From Abditibacteriaceae bacterium (GTDB taxonomy: Bacteria; Armatimonadota; Abditibacteriia; Abditibacteriales; Abditibacteriaceae), in NCBI GenBank assembly GCA_965277285.1, contig OZ255721.1:512001-576000 (forward strand): a DNA stretch of 64,000 nucleotides, in the 5' to 3' direction. The position numbers and the translations under genes are program-made. The notes under the pieces were generated by a model, which was not told the origin of the DNA, did no database searches, and was given only the letters and a program-made list of their open reading frames with translations. Below are positions 21,143 to 29,605 of this stretch, one piece after another; the stretch's first letter is position 1, and every line of letters starts with the position of its first letter.

Positions 21143-22005
21143 TTGCAATCTTAATTGTCAATTGGAACACGCGCGATCTGCTTCGCGCGTGTTTGCTGTC
21201 TTTGCAGAAGAATCTCGGCGACGTGGAACACCAAATCGTCGTTGTTGATAACGCCTCGCGCGACGAGAGTGCGCAAACCGTGCGCGACGAATTCCCCGAC
21301 GTTCATCTCATCGAAAACCTGCAAAACGAAGGCTACGCGCGCGGCAATAATCAAGCGTTCGAGTACGCGAAACAGTTCGCTCCGCAATGGATTTGGCTGC
21401 TCAATTCCGACACGGAAATCTTCGCCGATTCGCTGCCCGCTTTGCTCGATTTCGCACAGCAACATCCACCAGCGGGCGCCTTCGCATCAGCCTTAATCGA
21501 CGCGCGTGACGGACACATTCAGCGTTCGTGCCGCACTTTTCCAACACCAAAAGCGTTGTGGACGGAAGCGACGAATTTGCAGAAAATCTTCCCGCGTTCG
21601 CGCAAATTCGGCTTTTATCGTTACGGCGATTGGAGTATGAAAACGGCGCGCGAAATCGAACAACCGATGACGAGCAGCTTGCTCGTTCGACGCAGCGCGA
21701 TAGAACAAAGCGACGGTCTGTTCGACGAACAATTCCCAATTTTCTTCAACGACGTGGACTTATGTTTTCGCCTGCGACAGAAAGGTTTCGCTATCTGGTT
21801 TGTGCCGCAAAGTCGCGTTAAACATTGGGGCGGCGCGAGTACGAATCAAAACAAACCAGCGATGATCCGCGAAAGTCACCGCGCAATGGAAGCCTTTTAT
21901 CGCAAACATTGGCAAACAGAGTATTCGAAGTTGGTTTATAACGCGACGATTGCGCTGGTTCGCGCCTCGAGCAAGTTCCGCACGTGGCGCGCTGAAAAAC
22001 GGTGA
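21139..22005 (+). CDS. Glycosyltransferase family 2 (WbbL-like)
   Basis: IVNWNT, VVDNAS, GYARGNN, LLNSD, FDEQF..FFNDVDLC, HWGGAS. Confidence 0.9.
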   Translation: MIAILIVNWNTRDLLRACLLSLQKNLGDVEHQIVVVDNASRDESAQTVRDEFPDVHLIENLQNEGYARGNNQAFEYAKQFAPQWIWLLNSDTEIFADSLPALLDFAQQHPPAGAFASALIDARDGHIQRSCRTFPTPKALWTEATNLQKIFPRSRKFGFYRYGDWSMKTAREIEQPMTSSLLVRRSAIEQSDGLFDEQFPIFFNDVDLCFRLRQKGFAIWFVPQSRVKHWGGASTNQNKPAMIRESHRAMEAFYRKHWQTEYSKLVYNATIALVRASSKFRTWRAEKR

Positions 22006-22010
22006 TATTG

Positions 22011-22140
22011 GGACACGGATTTCATACACGGATTGAACGGATTTGCACGGATCGAAAAGAAGAGAGAACGAGTATTCGATTAACCTTTTCCTATTCTGAC
22101 CCGTGAAAACCCGTTCAATCCGTGTATGAAATCCGTGTTC
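22011..22140. repeat. CACGGAT/ATCCGTG-type long inverted repeat
   Basis: ACACGGATTTCATACACGGATTGAACGG / CCGTTCAATCCGTGTATGAAATCCGTGT; related arms at ~40353-40400, 40585-40635, 42961-42990, 44325-44372. Confidence 0.8.
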
Positions 22141-23003
22141 TATGGACGCGTTTGAATCTGAATCAGCGGCGCTGCAATCGCGTCGTTCATTTTGCCGCGT
22201 CGGTAACCTTCCAGATCGAGCAAAATGGTGTTGTAACCGGCGTCTTTGAGTACTCGAATCAGTTCGTCACGAAGTTCAAAAGCGCGCGAAAGTTCTTCTG
22301 GCGCGACTTCGATGCGCGCTGTCAATTTTCCTTTTTCGTCGAAATGGCGCACTCGCACTTCGCGCAAACCTTGAGTGCGCAAAAAGGCTTCGCCGCGCCC
22401 GATCATGCGTAAAGCCTCGATTGTGACGGGCGTGCCATACGGAATGCGCGAACTCAGGCACGGCATGGCGGGTTTGTCCCATGTCGGCAAATCCAATTGC
22501 TTGGACAGTTGACGAATCTCGTTTTTGCTGAGGTTGACTTCGCGCAAGGGCGAGCGAATTTGTTTTTCGGTTCCGGCCTGTGCGCCCGGGCGCCATTCGC
22601 TCATGTCGTCCAAGTTGGTGCCGTCGCAAACCGCATCGAAATCTTCGTCGCGCGCGATTTTTGTCAATGTCTCGAACAAGTGACTTTTGCAAAAATAGCA
22701 GCGATTGTTCGGGTTGGACGCGTAATTTTCGTCGTCCATTTCGTGCGTTTCGACGACGCGCAAGTTCGCGCCGATTTCGTGCGCCAATTCAACTGCCGCG
22801 TCGTGTTCTTCGGGCATCAAAGACGGCGAAACGCCGATAATTCCGAGGGCGCGCTCGCCCAGTTCCTGATGCGCGACTTTGAGCAGAAACGCCGAATCGA
22901 CGCCACCCGAATAGGCGATAATCACGCGCGAGAAGCCACGCAAAATCGCGCGCAGTTGTTCGTTTTTGGTTTCTAAAGTTGTGTCGAACGTCGTCGTTGT
23001 CAT
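22140..23003 (-). CDS. larE: ATP-dependent sacrificial sulfur transferase LarE family
   Basis: AYSGGVDS PP-loop, NRCYFCK, DGTNLDD..WRPG, PCLSSRIPYG, RVRH. Confidence 0.92.
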   Translation of the reverse strand: MTTTTFDTTLETKNEQLRAILRGFSRVIIAYSGGVDSAFLLKVAHQELGERALGIIGVSPSLMPEEHDAAVELAHEIGANLRVVETHEMDDENYASNPNNRCYFCKSHLFETLTKIARDEDFDAVCDGTNLDDMSEWRPGAQAGTEKQIRSPLREVNLSKNEIRQLSKQLDLPTWDKPAMPCLSSRIPYGTPVTIEALRMIGRGEAFLRTQGLREVRVRHFDEKGKLTARIEVAPEELSRAFELRDELIRVLKDAGYNTILLDLEGYRRGKMNDAIAAPLIQIQTRP

Positions 23004-23035
23004 GCCGGAAAGTGTATCATTTCGAGTACTCGATT

Positions 23036-24196
23036 ATGAAACCAATTCTTCCCGCTCTCGATTTTTTGCTCCAATCCCCCGACGAACACGCCGAACTTCT
23101 GGCATTTTTGCGCGTGCATCGCGTTGGATTGATCACCAATCACACAGGCCAAGCGCAAAGTGGAACAACGACGTTGGACGCCTTGCGCCAACTCGATATT
23201 CCGGTCGGCGCGCTTTTTTCGCCGGAACACGGAATCGCTGGAAAGTTGGAAGGCGATGTCGCGTCTTCAAAAACTGATGACGGTCTGGTCATTCATTCGC
23301 TGTATGGCGCGACGCGACGCCCGACCGCGGAAATGCTGTCTGAAATTGACGTTCTGATTTTCGATATTCAAGACGTTGGCGCGCGTTTCTATACATACGG
23401 CTCGACGCTGGCCTATGCGCTGGAAGAATGCGCGAATTTCGACAAAACGTTGGTCGTGCTGGATCGCCCGAATCCGTTAGGCGGACGGAAAATTGAAGGC
23501 CCTATGCTGGAAAACGATTGTCAAAGTTTCGTTGGTCATGTCCAAATTCCGGTCGTTCACGGCCTGACATTGGGCGAATTGGCGCGACTTCATGCGAAGA
23601 ACGAAAACCTTAATGGCGATTTGCGTGTTGTTCGTTGCGCCAATTGGAGGCGTGAAACCTTGTGGCCGCAAACCGGCCTGAAATGGATCGCGCCATCGCC
23701 GAACTTGCCCGATTTTCAAAGCGCGCAATGGTATCCAAGTTTGTGTTTGCTGGAGTTTTCCCATGTCGCGGTTGGGCGCGGAACCGATGCGCCATTTCAA
23801 ATCGTCGGTGCGCCGTGGCTGAATCCGCATCGAGTACTCGAATATCTGGAAAGCTGGCGCGGCTGGAACAATTTGAACGTTTCTGCGCAAGCCATTCATT
23901 TCACACCGAGGCACGCGATTTACGAAGGCGAACAATGTCGCGGATTAAAGTTCCGTTCAGAAGACGCGTCGAAAGTTGCGATGACTGATTTTGGTTTGAC
24001 CTTGTTGTGGGCTTTGCGCCAAAGTCATCCCGACGAATTCGATGCGGAAAAATTGCGCGCCTCATGGCAACTGGTTGGCTCGCATCGAGTACTCGATTGT
24101 CTGGAAAACAACGATTTAAATGCGGCGTTGAAATTGTCGCAAGAAGGCTTGCAGAAGTTTCAGGAAGCGCGAACGACGATTTTGTTATACGATTGA
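23036..24196 (+). CDS. Exo-beta-N-acetylmuramidase NamZ (DUF1343/YbbC) family
   Basis: GLITNHTG, FSPEHG, FDIQDVGARFYTY, LDRPNP, PSPN, GRGT. Confidence 0.92.
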   Translation: MKPILPALDFLLQSPDEHAELLAFLRVHRVGLITNHTGQAQSGTTTLDALRQLDIPVGALFSPEHGIAGKLEGDVASSKTDDGLVIHSLYGATRRPTAEMLSEIDVLIFDIQDVGARFYTYGSTLAYALEECANFDKTLVVLDRPNPLGGRKIEGPMLENDCQSFVGHVQIPVVHGLTLGELARLHAKNENLNGDLRVVRCANWRRETLWPQTGLKWIAPSPNLPDFQSAQWYPSLCLLEFSHVAVGRGTDAPFQIVGAPWLNPHRVLEYLESWRGWNNLNVSAQAIHFTPRHAIYEGEQCRGLKFRSEDASKVAMTDFGLTLLWALRQSHPDEFDAEKLRASWQLVGSHRVLDCLENNDLNAALKLSQEGLQKFQEARTTILLYD

Positions 24197-24203
24197 GGGC
24201 ACG

Positions 24204-24629
24204 ATGAAAGAGAAATGGTTTCAAGTCAGTTTTCGTTTGATGGGCGATTCATTGCCAGTTGATGAAATGAGTACGAAGCTCGGAATCGAGCCTTCAAACA
24301 TCAGTCGAAAAGGCGAACATATCAAAGCGAATCCTCGCTACGCAAAATATCAGACCAATGTTTGGGGTTTAATTTGGACAAAAGACTCGTCGGTTTCCTT
24401 TGAAGACCAGATTAGCGACTTACTCGATGTGTTAGAACATAAACAAAGTGCTTTAGCAGAAGTGTTGGCTATGCCAAGTGTGAGAGGTGAGTTGTTTCTT
24501 GGCTTCGGTTCAGTGCATGGGCAGGGCGGCGCGCACTTTCCGGCTTCGCTTCTTTTGCGCATTGCAGCTTTGGGTTTAGATATTGATTTGGACTTGTATC
24601 CAAAAACGATTGTAAGCCAGGCCAAATAG
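24204..24629 (+). CDS. DUF4279-like hypothetical protein
   Basis: LGIEPS..RKG, W motif, C-terminal LGLDIDLDLY; lower GC. Confidence 0.7.
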   Translation: MKEKWFQVSFRLMGDSLPVDEMSTKLGIEPSNISRKGEHIKANPRYAKYQTNVWGLIWTKDSSVSFEDQISDLLDVLEHKQSALAEVLAMPSVRGELFLGFGSVHGQGGAHFPASLLLRIAALGLDIDLDLYPKTIVSQAK

Positions 24630-24695
24630 TGGACGCGTTCAATACTCACAATTTGAACTTATCGCCGCCGTGCGCAGTTATCGAGGTTTGATCTT

Positions 24696-25031
24696 ATGAA
24701 ACAAGACTCGCAGCATCCAATTATCGAGCGGCCTTTCGAGTACTCGATTGTTGCTTTTTACTTCGAGCGCGACTTTGAAGACGGGCGCGAAAGTTATTTT
24801 GACTTGACTTTGCGCAAAGGCAATGTAACGCGACGGCTCCGTTTCTTAGCACCAAGCAACATTCGCATCGGTGACGTTTGGAACAATAGCGGCATGGTTA
24901 TTCTCGATATAAGCGCGCGACAATGGGACGGATTAAGCGTTGAAATAGCGAACTTTGAAAACGCTGAAGGTTCGATCGAACTTTGCGCGCGCGACGTGAT
25001 TGATTTGGACGAAGAAGAAACTAAACCTTAA
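24696..25031 (+). CDS. Hypothetical protein
   Basis: GAGG RBS, 111-aa ORF with protein-like composition. Confidence 0.6.
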   Translation: MKQDSQHPIIERPFEYSIVAFYFERDFEDGRESYFDLTLRKGNVTRRLRFLAPSNIRIGDVWNNSGMVILDISARQWDGLSVEIANFENAEGSIELCARDVIDLDEEETKP

Positions 25032-25740
25032 ATTTATAACCGACGCCGCGCACTGTCAAAATGTGTTGCGGTTGCGAAGGCAAAGGTTCGAGTTTTTCGC
25101 GCAGCCATCGGATGTGAACGTCGAGTGTGCGTTCGTCGCCGTAAAAATCTTCGCCCCAGACGCGTTCCAACAACGTTTCGCGCGCGACAGTTTTTCCCGC
25201 CGAAGATAATAAAACGCGCAATAAATCGAACTCTTTCAAGGACAGTTTAACTTCGCTGATGGCGCCGCTTTCTTCGTTGCGCAAACGCACTTCGTGGCGC
25301 GCCATGTCCATTTCGATGAAACCGGCGCGCAAAGTCTGGCTTTGGCCTTCGGGCGGGTTTTCCTGCGGCGCGGCGCGTCGCAACAAAGCACGAACACGCG
25401 CCACCAATTCGCGCATTCCAAACGGCTTCACCAAATAATCGTCGGCGCCCAGTTCCAGGCCGATGACTTTATCACTTTCTTCGCCGCGCGCCGTCAGCAT
25501 GAGAACGGGCGCGCTGGTTTGCAATTCGGGATCGTGGCGTAGCGCGCGACAAACTTCCCAACCACTGATTTTGGGCAGCATCACATCGAGCACGATCAAG
25601 TCGGGCTTGTGTTCGCGCACCTGCTTCAAAGCGCTTTCGCCATCGAAGGCGGCAATGGTGTCGAAACCGGCTTTTTGCAGGTTGTAAGAAATGGTCTCGA
25701 CCAGCATTCGCTCGTCGTCCACAATGAGAACATTCGGCAT
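25021..25740 (-). CDS. OmpR/PhoB family response regulator
   Basis: LIVDDE, LDVMLP, GADDYLVKPF, RTLDVHIRWLREK, TVRGVGY. Confidence 0.95.
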   Translation of the reverse strand: MPNVLIVDDERMLVETISYNLQKAGFDTIAAFDGESALKQVREHKPDLIVLDVMLPKISGWEVCRALRHDPELQTSAPVLMLTARGEESDKVIGLELGADDYLVKPFGMRELVARVRALLRRAAPQENPPEGQSQTLRAGFIEMDMARHEVRLRNEESGAISEVKLSLKEFDLLRVLLSSAGKTVARETLLERVWGEDFYGDERTLDVHIRWLREKLEPLPSQPQHILTVRGVGYKFKV

Positions 25741-25790
25741 CGCTCTCATTTTAACACCGCGCAAGTTAAATCGAGTTTAAGATGGAAAAA

Positions 25791-25963
25791 CAGGACGCAC
25801 AAACTTTACCTAACCCCAAGCGGAAGCGCGGGGGCTAACGTAACTGCTGCTTCAGCATGGCATTTTCGCGGCGCACATTGACACCTTAAAGGCGCAGGGC
25901 CCGACGTGACTGCTGCTTCAGCCCCCGCGCTTACGTTTGGGGTTGGTTAAGTTTGTGCGTCCT
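25791..25963. repeat. Nested inverted repeat: AGGACGCACAAACT arms enclosing AACCCCAAGCGGAAGCGCGGGGGCT element
   Basis: Inner element also at 28968-29034. Confidence 0.8.
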
Positions 25964-25968
25964 ATTTC

Positions 25969-27066
25969 TCATGTCCAATACAAAATGCGACTTTGTGGGA
26001 AACGCGTCGTAATTTCGCGCTCGAAGAAAGCGCGCATTTGCTTCATCGTTGCGCGTGGATAAACGTATTTGGTGCCGCCGAATTTGTTGCGCTTGATCTC
26101 GCGGTTTTCGTCGCTCATGTCGAGCGAAGATTTGGGATACCAACCTTGCAACACTTCGCGCGAGCCGGGCGTGAAACGATGCGTGATCAGTTCCCACGTC
26201 AGGTCACAACTGAAATCGAGTACTCGATGCAAACCGTCCAGCAATTGCGTGTAATGACTTTGCCAATCGTCCATCGCCATAATCGGCGCCAGAACCACAC
26301 CAATCGGATAAGCGCCGCCGCCTTGTTCGCGCGGCAAAGCCAACTGTCGCAAAGCGTTCATTCTGTTGGTTAAAGACGCGGTGCCACCTTCCAGACGCGA
26401 AGAAATCGGCGCCGCATTAAGGCTAATGCGGCAACGCGTTTGATTGTTGTGCTCCAAACTCAGTAATGGTTCAACCGCATCGAACTTGGAAACCCAGCGC
26501 AGAAAACCATTCTGGCGCGTGCCGAAATACTCAATGGCGCGGCTCAAACTTCCTGTCAAATGTTCCAAACTGAGCGGGTCGGTGTAGCAACTCGCCTCAA
26601 AAGTTGTCGGCTCGTTGGGCTTTTCAAAGCGCGCCAGATTGTCGAGAATCGCGTCGAGATTGGCGTAAGCGCGCACGACAGGCGGGCCGCTCAAACTTCC
26701 GGCCAAGTAGCAATACTGACAATGCGCCGGGCAACCTTCGGCGACGTGAAACTGCCAGTCGGCGCTGGGCGGAATCGGCTGCAATTTGAACTGCGAAGGT
26801 GGCGCGACAACAACCGCCAGCGTGCGTTTGGCCTTATTGTACGTGGCTTTCTCGTCAATACCACGCAAACCTGTCAGGCGATTCGACTTTTCGATTTCGA
26901 CGGGTAAGTTCAAGTTTTGCACGCGCTTCAAGATGCGTTGTCCATGCGCTTCATCCAATGCGGCGGGCGTAAAAACGACGCGTTCCGGTATCCACAATTT
27001 GGGAGTTTGAAGGGCTTTCGAGTACTCGTTGGGCGGCGAAAGGAGAAGTGTTTGATTCACTATCAA
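25969..27066 (-). CDS. Spore photoproduct lyase-like radical SAM protein
   Basis: GCPAHCQYCYL (CxxxCxxC), FEASCYTDPL, ELITHRFT, KRNKFGGTKYVY; start uncertain. Confidence 0.85.
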   Translation of the reverse strand: MIVNQTLLLSPPNEYSKALQTPKLWIPERVVFTPAALDEAHGQRILKRVQNLNLPVEIEKSNRLTGLRGIDEKATYNKAKRTLAVVVAPPSQFKLQPIPPSADWQFHVAEGCPAHCQYCYLAGSLSGPPVVRAYANLDAILDNLARFEKPNEPTTFEASCYTDPLSLEHLTGSLSRAIEYFGTRQNGFLRWVSKFDAVEPLLSLEHNNQTRCRISLNAAPISSRLEGGTASLTNRMNALRQLALPREQGGGAYPIGVVLAPIMAMDDWQSHYTQLLDGLHRVLDFSCDLTWELITHRFTPGSREVLQGWYPKSSLDMSDENREIKRNKFGGTKYVYPRATMKQMRAFFEREITTRFPQSRILYWT

Positions 27067-27124
27067 AGGACGAACGAAACGCCGACACGCGCCGTGTTTG
27101 CGATAAAATAATCACATATTTATT

Positions 27125-27215
27125 AGCCACAAAGAGCACAGAGAGCACAAAGAAGAGAGATTCGAGTACTCGATTTCTGCCGTTCCTTCTTTGTGTTCTT
27201 TGTGCTCTTTGTGGC
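27125..27215. repeat. GCCACAAAGAGCACA...TGTGCTCTTTGTGGC inverted repeat with 12-mer in loop
   Basis: 9-bp subrepeat arms; related arm at ~51075-51102. Confidence 0.75.
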
Positions 27216-27223
27216 CATTTCCT

Positions 27224-28459
27224 ATGAAATTTCTTCACTTTGCCGATGTGCATTTGGGCATGGAAAATTACGGGCGCGTCAATCCGCAAACCGGGCTGAA
27301 CTCGCGCTTTGAAGACGGCTTGAAATGCCTCGCTTTCATCATCGACACCGCGATTGAACGCGAGGTGGACGCGGCGATTTTCGCGGGCGATGCGTATCGC
27401 ACCTGCGACCCCAATCCGACGCACGCTTATGGTTTCGCGCAGCAAATGCGGCGTTTGCGCGACGCCCGAATCCCGCTGATTATGGTTCCTGGCAACCACG
27501 ATATTCCGGTCAGTTTTGGTCGCAAATCGTCGATTGACATCTTCGGCGCGCTGGGCAACGAACTGGTTCACGTCTTAACGCAGCGGCGCATTCACCTGAT
27601 TTCGACCAGGAGCGGCGACTTGCAAATCGCGCCGTTTCCGTGGCCGGTGCGCTCCAATTTGATGACGCAGGACGAACATCGCGGCATGAAAGAAGAAGAG
27701 TTGACGCGCGAAATAGAAAATCTTTCCGCCAAAGCGATTGAAGGTTTGGCCGACGCGGTTGACGCGACTTTACCCGCCGTTTTGGTGGCGCACATCATGG
27801 CCGATAAAGCCGAAACCTCGGGCAGCGAATACTACGCGGCGATCATGCGCGACCCGCGTTTGCACGTCGGAACTCTGGCCAACGAAAAGTTCGATTACGT
27901 CGCGCTGGGACACGTTCACAAGTTTCAAGACCTTAATAAAGGCCAACAGCCGCCAGTTGTTTACACGGGTTCGATGGACAGAATCAATTTTGGCGAAGAA
28001 CGGGATGTCAAAGGTTTTTGCTTGGTCGATATTGCGCAAAAAGGCCACGCGTCTTATGAATTCATCGAAACGCCGACGCGTCCTTTCGTAACGATTCGCT
28101 GTGATATTGCAAGTGGCGAAGAACCGACGAGCGCGATTTTAGAAGCGATTGAACGTTCGAGTACTCAATTGCCAAACGCCGTTGTGCGTGTCGTTTACGA
28201 CCTGGATGAAGAACGTGAAATCGACTTGAACTTGAAGGAAATTCATCGCGCGCTGGACGAAGCATTTCTTGTTGATTCCATTGCGCGCGCACCAAGACAA
28301 GCCGAAGAACGCGCGCGCCGCAGCGACCTGACGGAAAGTTTGGGCTGGCCTGAAGCCCTGGAAAAATACGCCGAATTGCACACCGATTTGAAGCCGCACT
28401 TGAGCGAAATAAAAGCGTGCGCGACACGCATCGAAAGCGAATTGACGCAGGTGAAATAG
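27224..28459 (+). CDS. sbcD: SbcD/Mre11 family exonuclease subunit
   Basis: ADVHLG, AGD, PGNHD, YVALGHVH, YTGS..R..FGE. Confidence 0.9.
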   Translation: MKFLHFADVHLGMENYGRVNPQTGLNSRFEDGLKCLAFIIDTAIEREVDAAIFAGDAYRTCDPNPTHAYGFAQQMRRLRDARIPLIMVPGNHDIPVSFGRKSSIDIFGALGNELVHVLTQRRIHLISTRSGDLQIAPFPWPVRSNLMTQDEHRGMKEEELTREIENLSAKAIEGLADAVDATLPAVLVAHIMADKAETSGSEYYAAIMRDPRLHVGTLANEKFDYVALGHVHKFQDLNKGQQPPVVYTGSMDRINFGEERDVKGFCLVDIAQKGHASYEFIETPTRPFVTIRCDIASGEEPTSAILEAIERSSTQLPNAVVRVVYDLDEEREIDLNLKEIHRALDEAFLVDSIARAPRQAEERARRSDLTESLGWPEALEKYAELHTDLKPHLSEIKACATRIESELTQVK

Positions 28460-28500
28460 GCGAAACTTGCGGTAAATTGGTCGAATTGAGGAAAAGTTTC

Positions 28501-28917
28501 GTGAGTCAGCAAACCAAAGGTTCTCTGGAAAGTGCTGTTGCCGATGCCGCCGTGCGTTTTCAGCGCGAGCAGCATGGGCGCGGTGCGGCCAATGTGCGCG
28601 CGCATTTGCTGGGCAATTTGCTCATCGTGCGCTCGACCGGCATCTGGACGCCGGTTGAAGCGCGCTTGACGAACTCGGATGAAGGGCGACGGCTGATTAA
28701 AAGTTCGCGCTACGAATTGCGTTCGCTCAACGGCGAGGAAATGGAAGGTTTGGTGGCGCAAATTGTCGGTTGCGCCGTCACGCATTCGTTTTTCGATGTC
28801 AACGTGCCAGCCGCTGAGCAAATGGAAACCTTTGTCCTGGAAGCCGACATCGAAAAACGCTTGCTGCGCGACGATTTGAATCGCTTAAATCACGGCGATC
28901 TCAAACGCGAACGGTGA
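28501..28917 (+). CDS. DUF2294 (MpsC-like) protein
   Basis: TKGSLESAV..F.REQHGRG, G.WTPVE..L, EGRRLIK..R. Confidence 0.8.
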   Translation: MSQQTKGSLESAVADAAVRFQREQHGRGAANVRAHLLGNLLIVRSTGIWTPVEARLTNSDEGRRLIKSSRYELRSLNGEEMEGLVAQIVGCAVTHSFFDVNVPAAEQMETFVLEADIEKRLLRDDLNRLNHGDLKRER

Positions 28918-28967
28918 GGCGCGGCGTATCGAGTACTCGAAAGTGAAAGTTGTGATGTAACTCAACG

Positions 28968-29034
28968 AACCCCAAGCGGAAGCGCGGGGGCTGAAGCAGC
29001 AGTTACGTCAGCCCCCGCGCTTCCGCTTGGGGTT
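28968..29034. repeat. REP-like hairpin AACCCCAAGCGGAAGCGCGGGGGCTGA / TCAGCCCCCGCGCTTCCGCTTGGGGTT
   Basis: Perfect ~27-bp arms; second copy at ~25813-25944. Confidence 0.85.
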
Positions 29035-29072
29035 CGTTGGTGCAATGTCGCAAAAAATTCTTCTCAATTCTC

Positions 29073-29283
29073 TTGACAAGGCGATGTGAATGCGGTAATT
29101 ATTCGATTGTCGGGCAAAAATTAAAGATCGAACAGATGCGGTTGCCGCGCTGAAGGGTTCTGGTTCATGTGAAATTTCATGTGACCGGAACAAGTCAGAG
29201 GGGAGGCCAAAGGTTCGCAAAAGTTTCACGCGGTTCATCCGTCGTGGAAGTGATGCGATTTCTTTGGCCTCCCCTTTTTGTTT
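29073..29283 (+). promoter_or_regulatory. Putative promoter (TTGACA) and structured leader ending in terminator upstream of kdp operon
   Basis: TTGACA 29073; hairpin 29150-29198; AGGGGAGGCCAAAG / CTTTGGCCTCCCCT + T-run. Confidence 0.55.
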
Positions 29284-29324
29284 GTCTGGCGCGTTTTGGC
29301 TCAATCGCAACAAGGAGAAAGCGG

Positions 29325-29408
29325 ATGATGGACGTGATTTATCTGGTGCTGGCGGTGTTGTTTTTCGTCGTCGGCGCGGCCTATGTCAAAGGTTGTGAAA
29401 AGCTGTGA
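29325..29408 (+). CDS. Small membrane peptide preceding kdpF
   Basis: AAGGAG RBS; MMDVIYLVLAVLFFVVGAAYVKGCEKL. Confidence 0.7.
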   Translation: MMDVIYLVLAVLFFVVGAAYVKGCEKL

Positions 29409-29457
29409 GGACACGAGAAAACGACGATTCGAGTACTCGAATTGCGGAGGAGAAGCG

Positions 29458-29544
29458 ATGTTCGACTATGTTTTGAACGGTTTGATTTCCGCGGCGCTGC
29501 TGGCCTATTTGCTGTATGCGCTGCTCAAGCCGGAAAAGTTTTAA
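29458..29544 (+). CDS. kdpF: K+-transporting ATPase subunit F
   Basis: Manual translation [38 protein letters not shown]. Confidence 0.92.
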   Translation: MFDYVLNGLISAALLAYLLYALLKPEKF

Positions 29545-29605
29545 CGACGGGAAACGACGAGGCCGGAGGAAATTACTTCCGGCAAAGGAACATCCGAGGA
29601 ACACG

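Noticed and set aside
29100..29283. c-di-AMP (ydaO) riboswitch call
   Set aside because: The context fits, but I could not find the conserved GGGGA-CC, GGGUGAAU and GUCAGCUAAC elements by eye.
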